This document shows, in pieces, positions 36,149-51,869 of a stretch of 64,000 nt of DNA. Position 1 is the first letter of the stretch. Each line of letters opens with the position of its first letter. A program made the translations under genes and the position numbers. Origin of the DNA: Bigelowiella natans CCMP2755. Taxonomy: Eukaryota > Protista > Cercozoa. The notes under the pieces were generated by a model, which saw only the letters and a program-made list of their open reading frames with translations, was not told the DNA's origin and searched no databases. Location of the stretch: positions 1-64,000 of the forward strand of contig ADNK01001740.1 of assembly GCA_000320545.1 (NCBI GenBank), given 5' to 3'.

Positions 36149-37068
36149 AGGAGAGGGAGAGAAGAGGAGAGAGGATGTGCGCTCATTGCTGACGCACGCG
36201 GTTTTGCACGCTATAAAGAGCGCTTTACTTCCGACTACGGGAAAGACGATCAAAACAGAAGTCGTGAAGAAAAGCCTCGACGCCTCATTCAAAAAGGTGA
36301 TTGGACCTTCAGGGCAATCCTTGTTTTGCAGGAACGATGTCATTGCTCATATGTGATGCTGGTGGTGGTTTTGCGCAGCTATGGGGGTCCTGGTCACACT
36401 AATCGTTCCATCCTACTCTTGATTGATGATTTACATAACAGATCCCAAAGCTCCCCCTGGTCGTCAGCAATAAGGAGAGAGTGGGTAAGACTATACTTTA
36501 CTAATTAAACTTTTTGGGTTTGGATGACGGATGCGACGAGGACTGTTTCAGAGATCCAATTCATATAGACCTAAATACCGAAAGACGCTCTACACATTCG
36601 TCACTGTTTGTAGTAAGAGATGCGTGGCCTTGTAGTTCAGTAGTCAGAATAGCAAGTGACTTGATGTTTTAAATACTGCTGGTAATTTTGACCCATATGT
36701 CTCCCGTTGTCCTTCCACCCTCTCTTTACCGGTAGAGACGCACTCGCTCACTCTTCGTGTATGGGATTCTGATTTTGCGTCTAAGGATGATCTCGTTGGC
36801 TGTGCAACGTAAGACTCGAGACGATAACAAACTATATATACGAGAAGTAGTCGTGCGGCTGCTTAACATACACCATAGAAATGGTGGGTTGGGTTGGGGG
36901 AACATCCATAGTGAAAACACCGACAGTTCTTGCTCTCCAGCGACCCCAAAAAGCCATCATCATCTGCCGCATAGTTCCTTTGCCATCGTGACCACCATTG
37001 CCTTAATTTCGTGCGTAGGATTCGATTTCACGAGGTATTCTCAAAGGGCGAGCAATCAGGTATTGTGA
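29295..37068 (+). CDS. Inositol polyphosphate 5-phosphatase with C2 domain(s), many exons (ends approximate)
   Basis: C2 exons DPYLKFKVNGKKYRTGTVNERLNPIW and ELTVWDAD. IPPc motifs VFVGSWNVGNA, VIGAQEC, NNKGG, GDLNYRL, PPTFK, SPAYCDRVLW and SDHKPI. A later GLCDPYV suggests a second C2 domain. Confidence 0.85.
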
Positions 37069-39246
37069 TCTAAAATCAACAAGTAGTCACCCGTGTAAAT
37101 TTAGCTTCCCTTGCTAAAACTAAGACAAGAACGCCGATAGTATTGTCCTGCGACATGACCCTACTCTCGAATGCAAAAGTCACATTTTCAGTGCCTATCA
37201 TTCCCAGATTGTACTACTCGTTTGAAATATGTATCGTCGTTGTCGTATCATCAAAAGAGTTGTGGTGGTGAAAGTGTGCTGGATATCATAGTATTATACT
37301 AGCAGACAGAGCAAACGATGTAATCTTATAATGGTCTTGTTATATAGTTTCTGACATACATTTTACAACCTTATTAATGTTAGCTGGTATTGTTGTTGTC
37401 ATTATTATCATCGTGTCTGAATATCAATCCAAAATGGTAATGCGTTCTGATAGGATCTTCACCGTTTGTGATGCAATTTAAGCAACCACTTTTGATGGGT
37501 GGAAAGCATACAAACGGAGCAAAAGCTTTCATCGCTGGAGAAATTAGTATAGCATTTTCTTAAATAATTAGAATAATGTCAACTCATCCATGCTTAAGAG
37601 CACATACAACTTGGTACATGTACATTGTGGCATGCTACAGTTGAATTCATCAATCCTTTTTTATCTGAGCATTTTCATTCACATTTGGAGGTGCATGCGC
37701 GCTCGTTTTTGCGTTGTAAAGCATGACATTCTAACCGTATTCTAGCCAGGGCTGTTGCAATATTTCATCAACCTTACATGCGCATGGGTAAAATTTGATT
37801 TATGAACCAGAGTTCTTTGGTGTCACTCATCTCAAATGCAAAGCGCAATCAACGTGCTGCACTGTTGACGCATGCGGTGCTAGAATGTGCATCGACCTTG
37901 AGCTTGCCACATTGAAACACAAACTACACGCCCAGCGCATGCATGCCTGCGTGTTTCATTGTTTTCACAGCCAGACAGTCTCGGTAATTGTTGTGAGGAA
38001 CAAAGTTTAGGCCTGTTCATCACAGCAAATGCTAGGTGACTACTGGACTAGATTGCTCTCGCTAGTCCGTCAGTGAGCAAATCGAAGTTGCGAGACGTTG
38101 CCAGCTGCGGTGCTTTCAATTTGTTTGACCCGGTGTCGGCCGAAGGCACGCATCAGCTCTAGAGCTAGCGAGCACATGCCAGCTAGCTAGCATGCTGGCT
38201 TGCATGGCTGTTATTGAGTGTGCCACACCTCGTTTGAATGATCGCGCCACGCTGGGATGTGAGCAAGATTGGAATTTTCTTTTCGATCAACTGATCACTC
38301 TGGCACTCGGTCGGTGTGTGGATGCTAGCATGTGACCGAAGAGGTTTCTCGAGAATTCCAGTTGCATTCTACATCACCCACGTGCGTGTGGACACAATGC
38401 TAAGAGTGCCGGATCGAGTGCTCTGGCAGCTCCAGAGCTGGCTGGCACCAGAGCAAGCCAGCTAGCTAGCTAGTGCCAGAATGCGACGATGAAATGCAAC
38501 ACACCTGCACTTCCACCTTGCACTTGCAGCTTGCCCAGATGTAATGTGTCCGATCAACATTGCAAGCATGACAACTTTCCGCTCCTATTCCTCGCAGCAA
38601 ACGTGAAATGACTTCATGTTGCATTCATCATTGCACGCGCCCTTGCACACACGCCGCATGAATGCCAAAATCACAATTTTGAAGAGACCTAGAAGACGAC
38701 ATAATCAAATGGTTGTCGCTCAAAGGAAAAAGACCCACATGAGAGGGATACGTCTGTGCTGTTGTCCGACCGCTTTAAGGTTGATATCACAGATATTTTT
38801 GCGAATTATCAACAAAAATGAATAAAAACCATGGTATTTGTACATTGCGACAGGTCTGAGACTTTGTCGCTTGTATTTTTCTATTGGGATAGGCGCGCAA
38901 AACCGTTCTGAATATTCGGAACATAGTCCTTCAAGGCGAATCAGTCGTTCGTTGGGGGTGGGTCGAGAGAGAGAGAGGAGTAGTGCTTTTATGTAGTCTT
39001 TACCATAATCATACTGTGTTTTGTGTAATCGTATTCATTGATACGTGCAGATAGAAGGTAGATGGTGTTATTGGATTCGCATCAATTCAAAATTCAACCT
39101 AATTCGGACTGCCCTGCTTTGGAGTAGTTTGGGAGCAGACGGTCGCGGCTTTAAGCTTCTACACTTTTCCTCATTTGCGACTCCCGTTACGCAACACCTG
39201 GACTAGATTTGTGGGGGAGCTTGATAAAGCCACGTCAACCCGCAAA

Positions 39247-42200
39247 ATGGTGAAAGGTTTCAACATCCACCTCTCAATGATCGAGCTCGCCCACAGAGTA
39301 TGTGTGTCGGCCATCACTACAGGTGGGGAAGCTATCAAAGTGGTTGTTCGGTGCAGGCCTTTCATCAAGGAAGAAGCCAAGGTGCGCCAGCATTATCATT
39401 GTAGTTAACCCCTTGAAAGTCTTAATGATGCTCCCTAAAATCCACGTAGACGAATCGTAACTGCATCCATATCTCCGGAGAAGATTCAACAGTAGTGGTA
39501 AGGGCATTCGTTATGATGACGATATCTCTCAGTGTATTCTTCCCACCGTTTCAGCAGATTTACCTCAATAAAAAAATGGTTTATGTATGCATACCGGGAT
39601 TAGGTATTGGACAAGTCGGGGAACGAAGGAGACAAACCAAAGAAAAAGGTGATCATAACAATCTCAAACTGACTGATTTGCAATGCAAGCATCACCGCTC
39701 TGCGACCCAGAGACTCAACATAACATATAGTTATGAATTACTCACTTCGAATGATTTCATGCTACATCATGATTGTGCTCGGGGAACGTTCCGGAGCAGG
39801 ATGGGGGTCATAAATTCACGTTCGATACCGTTTTCGGAACAGAAAGCAGCCAGGAAGAGGTAAGAGACGTAACTCAAAACAAAGGTGCGCCATATTTATC
39901 ATTGCTACTCCTCCAAGGTATACGAAAGAAGTGTGAAGAACATGATCCCAAAATTGCTGGAAGGGTACATTCACGTTTCAATCTCGTTAAAACCACAGAG
40001 ATAATCATACACTATCTTTGCTCTGCATATTGGCACAGGTTCAACAGCACTGTCTTCGCATACGGTGAGAAAACCAAACCAATTGCGTATTTACGCTGTC
40101 GCATTCCGCAGAGTGTTTGAGTTTGTTGTTGCTTCTCCCCTCAACATCACTCCTTTTAGGTCAAACATCTAGTGGCAAAACGCATACGATGATGGGGAAG
40201 TTGGGGGATCAGGTACCGTCTATGGATTCGCTCATTAGCTACTATTTGTTAGTCACAAAACATAGAGCAGAAAGATACGATAGGGAGAATAAGTTGAGCA
40301 TTAATACACCACCGGTGAATCGAGCTATATTTCACATGAGCACTATCTTTTCTTGTTTGGGAATACGTGTGCCAGTCGCTTGAAGGCCTGACCCCCCGAT
40401 TGACTAGACAGCTATTTCGGTAGGCAGCACGAAACAATGATGATAGTAATAATACCACAGTAACTATGGCCCTCGTTCTCACGCTGTCAGTTGACTCTCC
40501 ACTCGCAGATCGATCGAGGAATCTCCTGCTGATACCGAATTTGTGGTGACATTGTCTTACATGGAAATCTACAATGAGCAGGTTACTTCCAGCGTGGTGG
40601 TGGTGGTGGTGCTAAAAGGGCTGTGCTAAGATAATATCAGGAGAGAAATCATGAGACTACTAATCATAAGCATTTTCCCCTCGGATAGGTCTTTGACTTA
40701 CTTCCAGAAGAAGAATATGCTGCTCCGGTGAGATTGCGGCTATTTACGAATATGTTTAATGTTGGGGCTTCAGCGTGTGTGAGGAGAATGTATAGAATTG
40801 CTTGCTTTATATGTAGTGCAAGCAGCAAATACTGGGGTCAATTAGCATATCCTTCGGATGGCGTTTTTGGCATTTTGGAAACAATTCTCTGCTACAATAA
40901 AAGCCTTTCTGGACAATAATTTCACAGAAATCGAGAGGACGGAGGAATAGGAAGAAGCATGAAGACGCTCTCAAGATACGCCAAGGCAAAGGGTAAGTGC
41001 GTATTGCGAACACACTTTGAGCGATGCATACGTGACAGCAATCAGCTTGCATCAACGTGCGCTGTACCGAGTGTATATGCAATAATGCAGTTTGTTTCGA
41101 GCGATGTACCGTTGGCTTGAGTAGGTGATAGCTACCTTGACCTTCCTCTTGAATGATATGTTAGCAAGCGTTGTTTATTGTATTTACCACGTCCCACCGG
41201 CGTTTAGTCTCCCCTCTCTTCTCCTTGTTTTTCCACAACTTATGCTGTTGGCAGGGGTTTCTTCGTGGAGAACTTGGCTAGACACATTGTCAAATGTAAA
41301 TTGCAACTCATCGGAGCATCAAAGCACTTTGTATAATCCTTTCCAAATCAATTGATGAATCGTATAGATAAGCCAGTATCCACGTGACATACGTGCGAGT
41401 ATTCAGTGTTTCATGCGATTCCTTAATATTTAATGTTTCCTACAGCGTATCCGGAAGTGGTTAAACTGATACGAAAGGGCTCGTCCCGAAGGTATACCGT
41501 TGCATTTACAGAAGGGCCAATGTGGGTGCCTTTGTAAAAACTTACGAGGAATACGAGGCTTGCCGTAAAATGTGTTTCACGTTCTACGTGCATAAAGAAT
41601 AGTCACCTCTCTCTGTTTTCGTATGGCGTCGCTTTGAAAAACGAGTATCTTTGGTGTCCCACCCCTCTTACCCTCTCTGGATGGCGATCTTATAATCAGG
41701 AGTGTCGCTGCTACTGACTTCAACTCTGAGTCATCTAGATCGCATGCTATTGTGGTCGTCTACGTTGAGCACACCGTGCAGGTGGGTAAATAAGGTATAA
41801 ATAAAAGCCGTGAACATCTATTTAATTAGACCTCGTCATCGCAATTCTTAGCCGAGCGTTGGAAAGAAGCACATCGTTGCAGCGAAGCTGAATCTTGTAG
41901 ATTTAGCCGGCAGCGAGAGGTTCCAAGGTCAGGTTTTTTTAAAGGCACGGGTGACATAAATCAAAACAAAGAGGGGGGAGGGGGGGGTGAGTAAATTCTT
42001 AATCTATATCTTCGCTTTGAAAATTCGATGATGCGGATTATATCACCCACCAAACCCTCTTTCCATGAACATGCTTGTCCACGCAATACGATGATGAGGA
42101 AGTCGATCTTTTAACTGATATTCTTAGGAAAGACCAAGGATATGGCGAAGGTTCGCACTCTGCCCCATCCCCTGATTCCTACTTTTACACGGCATTAGCC

Positions 42201-42815
42201 TTTTATCACGTTAGCCTTTTATCACCAACGCATAAAGAGCTCCGCCTACAGAAGAAAGATAGCAAGCTAGCATGTGCTTGTCTCCCTTCCCCCTTCCCTC
42301 CTCTCTCTCTCTCTTTCCCTGAGTCTAATATATGAGGTATGAATCGTAGGAATCAACTTCAATCAACCAATCTCTTTCAACGCTTGCTAATGTCATTGCT
42401 GTGCTCGCCTCGGGGAAGAAAGGGTAAGGACACAGCAGCTGCTGCGGAGATAGATTAGGCGGATGCTGAGTAGATATCCTTCCTAAGTGAATATAGATCA
42501 CCATGACGGCATGTATGTGACTGTAATCCCTGTGTTTAGGTTTGTACCGTATCGAAACTCAGCACTTACGATGGTAAGTCTGAATTGAGTTGAGCACCAA
42601 TAGTTTGCCTGTTGGCTGCCTCTTCATTGCAGTGTTCTCCACAAGCCTTTATCCCTCCTCTATTTTCCTCCCCACCGTCCTATTTTAAACGCTCTTGTGA
42701 ATCAGCTCTTGAAGGACTCGTTGGGGGGGCATGCATCTACTGTGATGTTCGCAAACATCAACCCTTGTGATAGGTACACACACACGCGCGCGCGCGCACA
42801 CACACAAACACACAC

Positions 42816-42857
<42 letters not shown>

Positions 42858-43620
42858 CACTGCCAAATCTCATACATTGAATCGAAGAGAATGTTGTGAT
42901 GAAGTGATCCTCCTACCAGACATTCCAACGAAACAACCTCTACCCTCCGCTACGCAGCGAGAGCCAAAAAGGTGAGACAATGATGATGCCTTGTGAGTTC
43001 TTTTCAAAAAGCATCGCGAAGTTTCCTTTTTTGGTTTTAAGAAACATGGAATTCACCTTGGCGGTTTTGCACCCTTAGATCAAAAATCGGCCGCGGGTGA
43101 ACCAAGACCCAAAGAACGCGCTTCTAAAGCAGCTTCAGTCTGAGATAGAGAAGCTGAAAGCTCTGCTTGAGGAGAAAGACAAGATCATTGCGAGGTCAAA
43201 ATTTACGCGTTTTTTACTCTTTAGAGGCGCTGTTCGTGTAGATGAAGACGAGCTGATGAGTGTTTTACGGGTGTTGTGCTTCGATTCAGTGCGGAAGCGA
43301 TGAAGGGAGACGCAGCCGGAAGCACTGAGGACGTAGATGGCGGCAAAACAGGTGTGCACCTCTCGGTGTCACTCTTATGAAAAACCCGAAAGCAGGGAGA
43401 CAATATCATGCTCCGTACATTGTTGGCTGCGATTGAATGAGGTGTAACTCATTTCTCTGGCAATGCATGCATGCATGTGTGTGTGTGTGTGTGTGTGTGT
43501 GCGTGCGTGTGTGTTGGGCAGATGGAGAGGCTGCTCAGGAAGGGGCAAGTGATGAAACACGGGAGGGGAGAACGATATCGATTCAGGTGGAGAAGACATC
43601 GCTTTGCCTTTTGCTGAGTT

Positions 43621-43690
<70 letters not shown>

Positions 43691-43772
43691 ATCACACAAC
43701 GAGCTAAATAAGAATTACATTGAAATTTATACGCATTTAAAGGTAGAAAAAACAAGTATACATATATCATAA

Positions 43773-43831
<59 letters not shown>

Positions 43832-45500
43832 ATGTGTGTGCGTGTGTATAATTAAATGTACATTTGCGCTTTGACACACCTAGGTTGACAATAGCGATTC
43901 CAGCAGCAATGCAGAAAGGACATCTTCTCTGGAGCTCAGTAGGCAGCAGTTGCGCCTTCAATTAGACATGTAGGCAGATACACCCTCGACTAATACCTTC
44001 TTTGCCGGAGAACTATATTGCTGCCATGTGAATTGGGCCGGGGACAAGTTGAATAGTAGTCCTTGCATGTCTTCGTTAGGACAAGGCGCGCAACAATACG
44101 TGGAATGTCTTTGGTTTCGGCAGCTTCCCCTCGGTTTGTCGCAACCCAAATATGGGGATTTTTCCCCCAATATTATATATATATATATATATATATATTT
44201 TATATTAATGTATGTATTTGAAATGGAAACTAGCGCTCAGGATGAAATTCGCCGTTGTCTTTTCTGCGACGGCTGCCGCTGTGTGATGCGTTGTGATTTT
44301 GCACAGGAGAGCCCAATCAGTGTTGTCCTAATCCTTAATCCTTTCGATAGGCTGTTGTACAAAACAGGCCTTAGCTGTATTTGCCTTCCACACAATGTCA
44401 CCAGCTCTTTTATCGACTTTCGAGCATTTCCTTTTTAGACACGAAAATCGAATTTGTAGCTAATTATCTCGATGGATTTTTGACAGGCTACGAGTGCTGA
44501 GCTCTGGGGGGCCAGGCTGGGAGGATGACGAGAATAACGTTCTTAACGACGGCGATAGGAAAAAGTCGGAGGAGCATGCAGGCATGAAAATAACAACAAA
44601 ATGCGTTTTCTATGTCAACTTCTGAGCTAATACCGCACAATTGTATGTTCTACTAAATATAAAGACGGCAAGGGTGATACTGACACGGGCAATAGTTTAT
44701 TGAAAGGTCTCTTTACATTGCATGGTTTTGGTGTTGGCGCTTACATGCATGCTGTTGTCGTGGTCATCGTCGTCGTTGTTGTTGTTGTTGGTGAACTTAC
44801 AACTACCATGTCGTATGTGCAGTGGTTGCAGCTGCGATGTTGCGTCGAGGGTCTACTACTGTACAGGACCTTGCCTGTACAGCTCCAGTAGCAGATATGG
44901 AAGAAGACTCGGATGATGGGGACAATAAGGTGACGTCTTTAGCGAGTTTGGAACACATTGAAGAGTACGGATCGGCTCACACTATCGATCTTCTATAGGA
45001 CGGCATGGACGCTGATTTGGCCTCCGCCATTGAATTGGAAAAGGACACTGGGCTGATGGATATGATTCAGGTACTGATGAAATTAGTAAGAAATGAAGGG
45101 CATAAGCGCATTGACTGATGGAAACCGAAGGAAATGCGGGGATCGGAAACACCAGACACAAAGAGCCCCAACCAACGTTCTGATGGTCAATACCCATTAT
45201 AGTTTTTGTGTGCATTTTATCCCGTAGTCGAGTAAATCGTCACAGCAGCTAAAGGGGACGAAGGAAGGTGCTGCGAGAGAGGAAGAAGAGAAGAAGATTG
45301 CAATTGGACTTGGAGAGAAGCAAGAAAGCGAGGGAAGAGGTGGTGGCAAACTTGAGTCATCCGACGCTCGTCAGCCTCAGGTAAAGCAAATGCGTCGCCT
45401 AATAAATCAATTCCTATACCGACGTATCTTTCACGCTCAAGTCGCTCCTTTCTTAGGCTAGTAAGGGACTGCCCTCAGGCTCTAGAGAGTATAACTGGAG
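39247..45500 (+). CDS. N-terminal-motor kinesin, many exons (3' end approximate)
   Basis: EAIKVVVRCRPF, FTFDTVF, FNSTVFAYGQTSSGKTHTM (P-loop), SYMEIYNE, NSESSRSHAI, LNLVDLAGSER, INQSLSTL, VPYRNSALT, LLKDSLGG, ETTSTLRYAARAK and IKNRPRVNQDPK, then coiled coil and an acidic tail. Confidence 0.92.
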
Positions 45501-47461
45501 GTAGTAGTTATGGCCAACGTGTATTCGCACATGAGTATGAGCTAGTAACGAGGTGTATATGCGCATGTTTATTCGTGCGTGTCTCGGTATGTGCCTATCT
45601 CTCTATATGTCAATATTATATCTAAATAAACATTCGAAGAAAGTGAATACATGGTGACCCAAAATCACTGTACCCCCCCTCTCCCCCCCCCCACCCGCCT
45701 CCCCCCTCAATCGCCTCTAACTCCACGGCGCCTGCCATACCCCACCCACTTTCCTTGATTTATGTGTTTTGGTTTTCTTTCCTTTTACTTCAGGAGCGGT
45801 TTTGCAAACGTGGATCCAGAGTCGATAAAAAATGTGAAAGTTAAGTACGAAGTTAGGACCGAGGTCGAATCGGAATATGATAAGCAGCTGCGAGAGGTAG
45901 TAGTGGAAGTAGTAGCAGTAATGGTGTCTTTTGATCAATGAAGGCCCCAGATAAAAGTGAGCTGGTTGGCAAAGAATGATGCCATTGTTTTGTGTGCTGT
46001 ATTAGCAATGCATATTCGTGTGTGCATGCGTGCGTGTGTGAATGTGTGTGTGTGTGTGTACACTACATAAAAAATCTAAATTAACACACTTGGGTCTGGT
46101 AAACTGCTTCCCAGATACAGGAAGAAAACGAGGCGTTAAGGAAGGCGTTGTCCGACGCACGACAGACCGCCTTCGTACCGGAACCAGTAATTCTCTCTTC
46201 GAAGAATAGTTTTGCCAAAGTGGCAAAAGGAATAGGATGCTGAATTTTCTGTAGTAGCTAGTCGTTGGATTACTACTCACCATTTCATTGCTTCTTGGCG
46301 TACAGGTTCGAAGACCCGGATGTCTTGGAATCACTAAGGATTGCTCCCTGATGTAATCGACGACAGGCCGGTGGATCCGAAAGAAAGATTGTGTGTTTTC
46401 ATTGATGTGGTTGTGCTCCTAAGAGGTGTGATAATATTCTTTATGTGATGCAGAGCATTTTTGATGCCTCCACTCATGCCAGCATCATGTAGTGTCACTG
46501 CATGAACATTATCATCTAAATTTTACTGTGCTCAATGATCGACGACGACTGGAGCCGCGCTAGCTAGTCAGTGTCGCAGGTACATGCGCATGTTTACCTT
46601 GCATGGTGACTTCTGTGTCCAGCGTCTTTGCATTTAACATGTGTACATGAATAGCATGTAGCATGTTGCGCAATTAGTCGTCCCAGAGCCTGCGAACACA
46701 ATGATGTACATGGAACATGGACGGTGATCGTGTACATGGACTTCACAAGTCCCTACACGTGTACGCGCATGCAAACACATGTACTCATCCTTCATGTGCA
46801 CTTAAAAAACTCACGTGCTCTTTTCACATCCACACATGCATGCTACCATGCACCAAACAAATCACGACACATGTGCTGTGCAATGTGCACATGCAACTTG
46901 GGATGCACATGCATGTTCATGTGTGCGCTAATGCACGCTGCATGTATGTGAAGTAAAAGGTGCATGTGAAGTAGTCGATGCACATGTCACACTAGCACAG
47001 ACAGCACACATACATGCATGTGGACTTTATGTCCCCATGTGTGCAAAATGACGCATTTGCGTTAGAAAGTTGGCGTGCTAGCGTGCACATGAGCCATCGC
47101 CAATTTTTCCCGGCTCATAGTCTTTTCTTGCGTTTTAAGTACGCCAACTGCAGATGTATAGTGCGTTTAATCTGTGCAATGCAAAATTCTATTAGTCATC
47201 ATTTGTTGCGCACCTGCCAGCTATTGTCTCCCATCATTAGATCACAAAGTGTTAGTGCATGCACGGCGTTGTGTTTGTAAGCCTTGTGTGCAGTTATGCA
47301 ATTGCAAAAATGCATGTAAAACGGAGGCACAACCTATTGATGCAACGCTGTCATTTCAAGCGCATAATCACATTTGTACGTTGCAAATAGCTGGATAGCA
47401 TAAGCATAATATAAAAATAATACAATGACACACAAAATCGAATCTATCAGGCTTATTTATA

Positions 47462-47743
47462 ATTAACTCGCATGCTCGGACTTCGATTCCATAATTAATG
47501 GCGCATCATAAGCAACTTCATCTCTTTGTAGCTGACCCTCTTCTTGCTGATTTTGGCCCCTAGATGGGGGAGGGGGGGCATTTTTCTCATTTCCACCTGA
47601 CATATATGCGTAATCAACGACCTGTGAAAAAAAACAGAGAGGGATAAACTTATCAGGACTAAAACACGCAAGGCATCTGATTATGTAACAACGGGGAACG
47701 GGGAATATTCTGAGACAATGAACGCTTAGGCAATACGCACAGG

Positions 47744-47785
<42 letters not shown>

Positions 47786-49144
47786 ATATAACATAACACC
47801 TTAAAGTTATGTTCTGATTTTATTTCTTTGCAGATATGTCTCTCTTTGCCCTTAGTGGCAGCTACCAGAACCTTGACCAAGGCCTCAGCCGTTGGCCTAT
47901 CCTCTAAAATTGATGATGAAAATTGGCGCAATGATAGGCTACTACTTTCTCTTATTAACCCTCCCAAAGCATAGTAGTCCATAGTCTGACCCCATTGATT
48001 AGTCACCCCTCCCCCTTCAGATCTTCTTGTTGCTTTCTTACCAGGCTTGCTCCGGTGGCATTTATGGAACAACTCTGTTCGCAAGTCCTTAGCCCCTGCC
48101 AACTCACTAGGTAGTTGCAGACGAAGATCACCTGTCCTACACAACCACAGGCACTACTCTGTAACTGACACTCACGACACTGATTTCAAGAAAAAGCTCC
48201 GTGCGGCATTGACTGCGAGGCGCAAAAAAGGAGAAGGTCGCGTGGATGGAGACGGTAAATGAGAGAATGTGCTATTTTTGTTAATCACGTTTCCTAGAGT
48301 AGCAGAACTAGTATCACCGAATCCGTGCCATTGCTGTTCGGGAGTCCAATCCTGAGTAAGGCGCGCTTCGCCCCTTATGCACATCCAAGGAATCATACAA
48401 GTTAACACTGAAGGAATGACCCCCATACCACCATTGGCGCAAGCATTTTGGTATTTTTTCACAATGTTCATCCAACGTTTCATAACTCTTAGCGCAGGAT
48501 AATCCGAAACATGATACTTCTTTTGCCTCTTCGGCGGAAAGCCTTTGGCTCTCGTTTGCCCTCCACCCATTCGGTGCCTCTTCCCTGCAAAGCATTACTA
48601 CCTTTGTCAGTATTTCCCAGATAGACACACCTGCATCCAGAGGAAGAAGAGAATGGCACCGACAAACAACGAATCAGAACACTTCCAAACATTGTATATT
48701 GTGTAGTTACACCTCTAAGACTACAGCATACAATATTTTACTACCGAGCATCCAGATATCGGATTTTGTGCTAAATTTGCCCTCAAAGCTCTCCGGCGCA
48801 ATCCAACCCCATGCGACTAGTGAATCGATCTTATTTTTAAAAATTGGAGATAACACCAAATCGTCGGAAATCGATAAATCGATGTCTTCTATTTTCTTGA
48901 GACTACATGCACACATAGACACGTACCCACGTAGCAATGCATGCACGTATTACAGTATGATGAGCACGAGCAGAGCATGATGGTGCTGAAGGAGGACCTG
49001 CCTATAATACGATCTTTGACGGCCCAATTTCCTAGAAAGTCCTATGGATTTTGAAGATGATGTACCTCAAAAACTCCAAAATATCCTCCGCAATGCACAA
49101 ATTTACACACACACACACACACACACACAGGTGCGCACAAATAC

Positions 49145-49175
<31 letters not shown>

Positions 49176-49455
49176 TATATTCTAAGTCCCATATTGGCTA
49201 AAATACCATAATCAGCAATAACTACGGTGCAGTCCTCTTTCATCAGCCTATTTCGTTATTTATTCGTTAAAGTAAGAGGATATGGTAGAAAGACTATGGG
49301 GGAGAGCGAAGTCTGATACAAGTGTGTCTTTATCGTGCAGATATGGATAAGAATGATTTGTTTGGGTATCAATACAGATTTCGACAAGCCAGGTCTCGGT
49401 GAACGATTCCAAGGTTATGCAGGAACGATAAACCTATACGATCGATGGATGATGG

Positions 49456-49486
<31 letters not shown>

Positions 49487-51826
49487 AACGATGATGCTGA
49501 TGATTTCAGTGTTGTTTGTTTTCAAATATGGTGAGACTAGGGACGATGCAATGGATGTGTCAACAATAAGCTCATATCTCCAGTCCAACTCATCTAATAG
49601 CTTCGTCATGGTCAAATATATGGTTTATGTTCTGGTAAATCGAGAGAGGTAGTAGGCAATAGGCACGGACAGTAGGCATGGATAAATACTTATATAACTC
49701 ACATATTGTCGAAATATTCAGGTCTACTGCTACTGCTGCTGCTGCTGCTGCTACCGTTGCATATATCGAGGGCTATGTAAACGAATCGTGCCAGGGTCAC
49801 CATATCGATCGTCTACGAGAGGGAAAACCAACAATGAAGAGAAAATGAAAGCGATGACGTGAAGGATGTGGTGATAATATTAAGGCAAATGTGTGTGTAC
49901 CAATCTGAATATGGAAAAAATATGCCCACAACCCAGTCAAGAAAACAAGAAAATCCGCATCATTGGCAGGTCAACTATGGTTATCATCAGCCCCCCCTTC
50001 ACCCCCCTCCTCTCTTCTTTCCCCTCCTCTCTATTCCGTATAACTTGTTATGATAGAACATGAATCATAATGCGTTTTTAGATCAAGCACGTTGTGTAAA
50101 TTGTCCACAGATCCTCTCGAGCACAGGCCTGTTAGGAAGCACAATTTCCTACGAAAAATATACATATATAACTCATATACGAATTTAAGTAGTCGAAGAG
50201 GAAATCCGGGTTGATACAAAAGCCGCACCACCAAACAACATTCCAGCTTACTATATACTTGTGGCCGATAATATTGTTCTTCTATGCTTTTCTCACAAGG
50301 TTGACCTTGCCGATAACCGAAAATCCAAGGGTGTCATTTTACCTGTCCATCGTCACGATTCCAACAAACTCTAGGACGTTGGGGTGCTGCTTTAAGGCCC
50401 CTAGAGAGTAGCAGTAGTATGTATTAGTAGGCAGTAGTAGTATTAGTGGTAGTAGTATTAAGTATGCTTACAGGAGATCCTCTAGTCACATTTGTCTCTT
50501 CCATACAGTTTGCTCGTGGAGTATACATGAAGGACGTACTAGTGTTGTGGTTTCATGGCTCGGTTTTAATAAGATAATATCTTAAGTATTGGTCTTGTAA
50601 GCAACCCATGGCTCTGAGCTCCTTCCAATCTTCATCATCGAGGGCTTCTGGATGGGGAAAACCAAAGAATGAATGATGGTTTGGATTCGAGGAATTCTAC
50701 GAAATAGGAGTGATCACTCCGTCATTTGCGCCCTACCCTCAGCATCAACGACGTTCACATTTTGACATTACAGTGAGTAATTTGACGAGGCAGCTGTGAA
50801 GCTATAGTCCCGAGTAGTAGATATTACATTTCGATATATGGCGGTTGTGTGGCTTCTCTTACCATCCTCACTCTTTCGCGGTGCTTTAGGGATCTTTAAC
50901 GCAACATCTCTCCCACCTGCAACCGTCTTTCACGGTCCAATTAAAGGGTATATCAGTACTACGGCGCACAAGCGAGAGCAGAGGAAACAAAAACCCCTTC
51001 GTCTTTGGAAAAATGAAGTGTCGATCATTTCACATATATATTTTATCAATTCGAGGGGCTATGGAAGGAGGATGTAGCATATGTTTGTACACACACACGC
51101 ACACATTCACATGCACACACAGACGATGTGTAGATAGTAAACATACCGCTACAAATGTGTCAGCAAAATTCCCTGACCCTAGTACACATTTGCATCAATC
51201 GGTGAATTTTTACAGCGTCGTCATATTGATGAACATCGCAGACCGACAAACACCACCCCACCAGCTGCTTCCAAAGTCAGCATCGATAAGAGAGGACGTG
51301 ATATTTAAGCTGGTAGAGATCTCTCACGCAAGAAGAAGAACATGTGTTTATCAGTCATTTCGTAATGATGATCCGAAGAGATTCGATGTTTGGAAATAAA
51401 ATAAACATATCGAGAAACCCGCTTTCTTATTGCTCAACTCACAAATGATAACCTAATTTTCGTTTGATTTGGACTTCAGATGCGCTATATATCTGGATTG
51501 TTCCGATAGTCTGGCGTGAGTTTATCGAAGCTGTATATATATATAGAGGCAAAACGTTAACATCATCCATACAACGATAATCGACAAGTAATTTTGCATA
51601 TGTCGTTGTTGCTATTGATGATGTGTTCATGATGGTGGTGCTAGTGTCACTCGGGGACACCCAATACCGCAATGCGGTACAGATTAATCGAGAAATGCCC
51701 TAGAAGCTAAAAACTACTATTGATTTGTCGCACGTAGTCTCAACGCCATAGGGCTGTAGGCCTAGACGTCCATGCCTCGTCTTGCTCTCTCCTATTTATA
51801 TCCACAATTATTACTCGTAAAGCACT

Positions 51827-51869
<43 letters not shown>

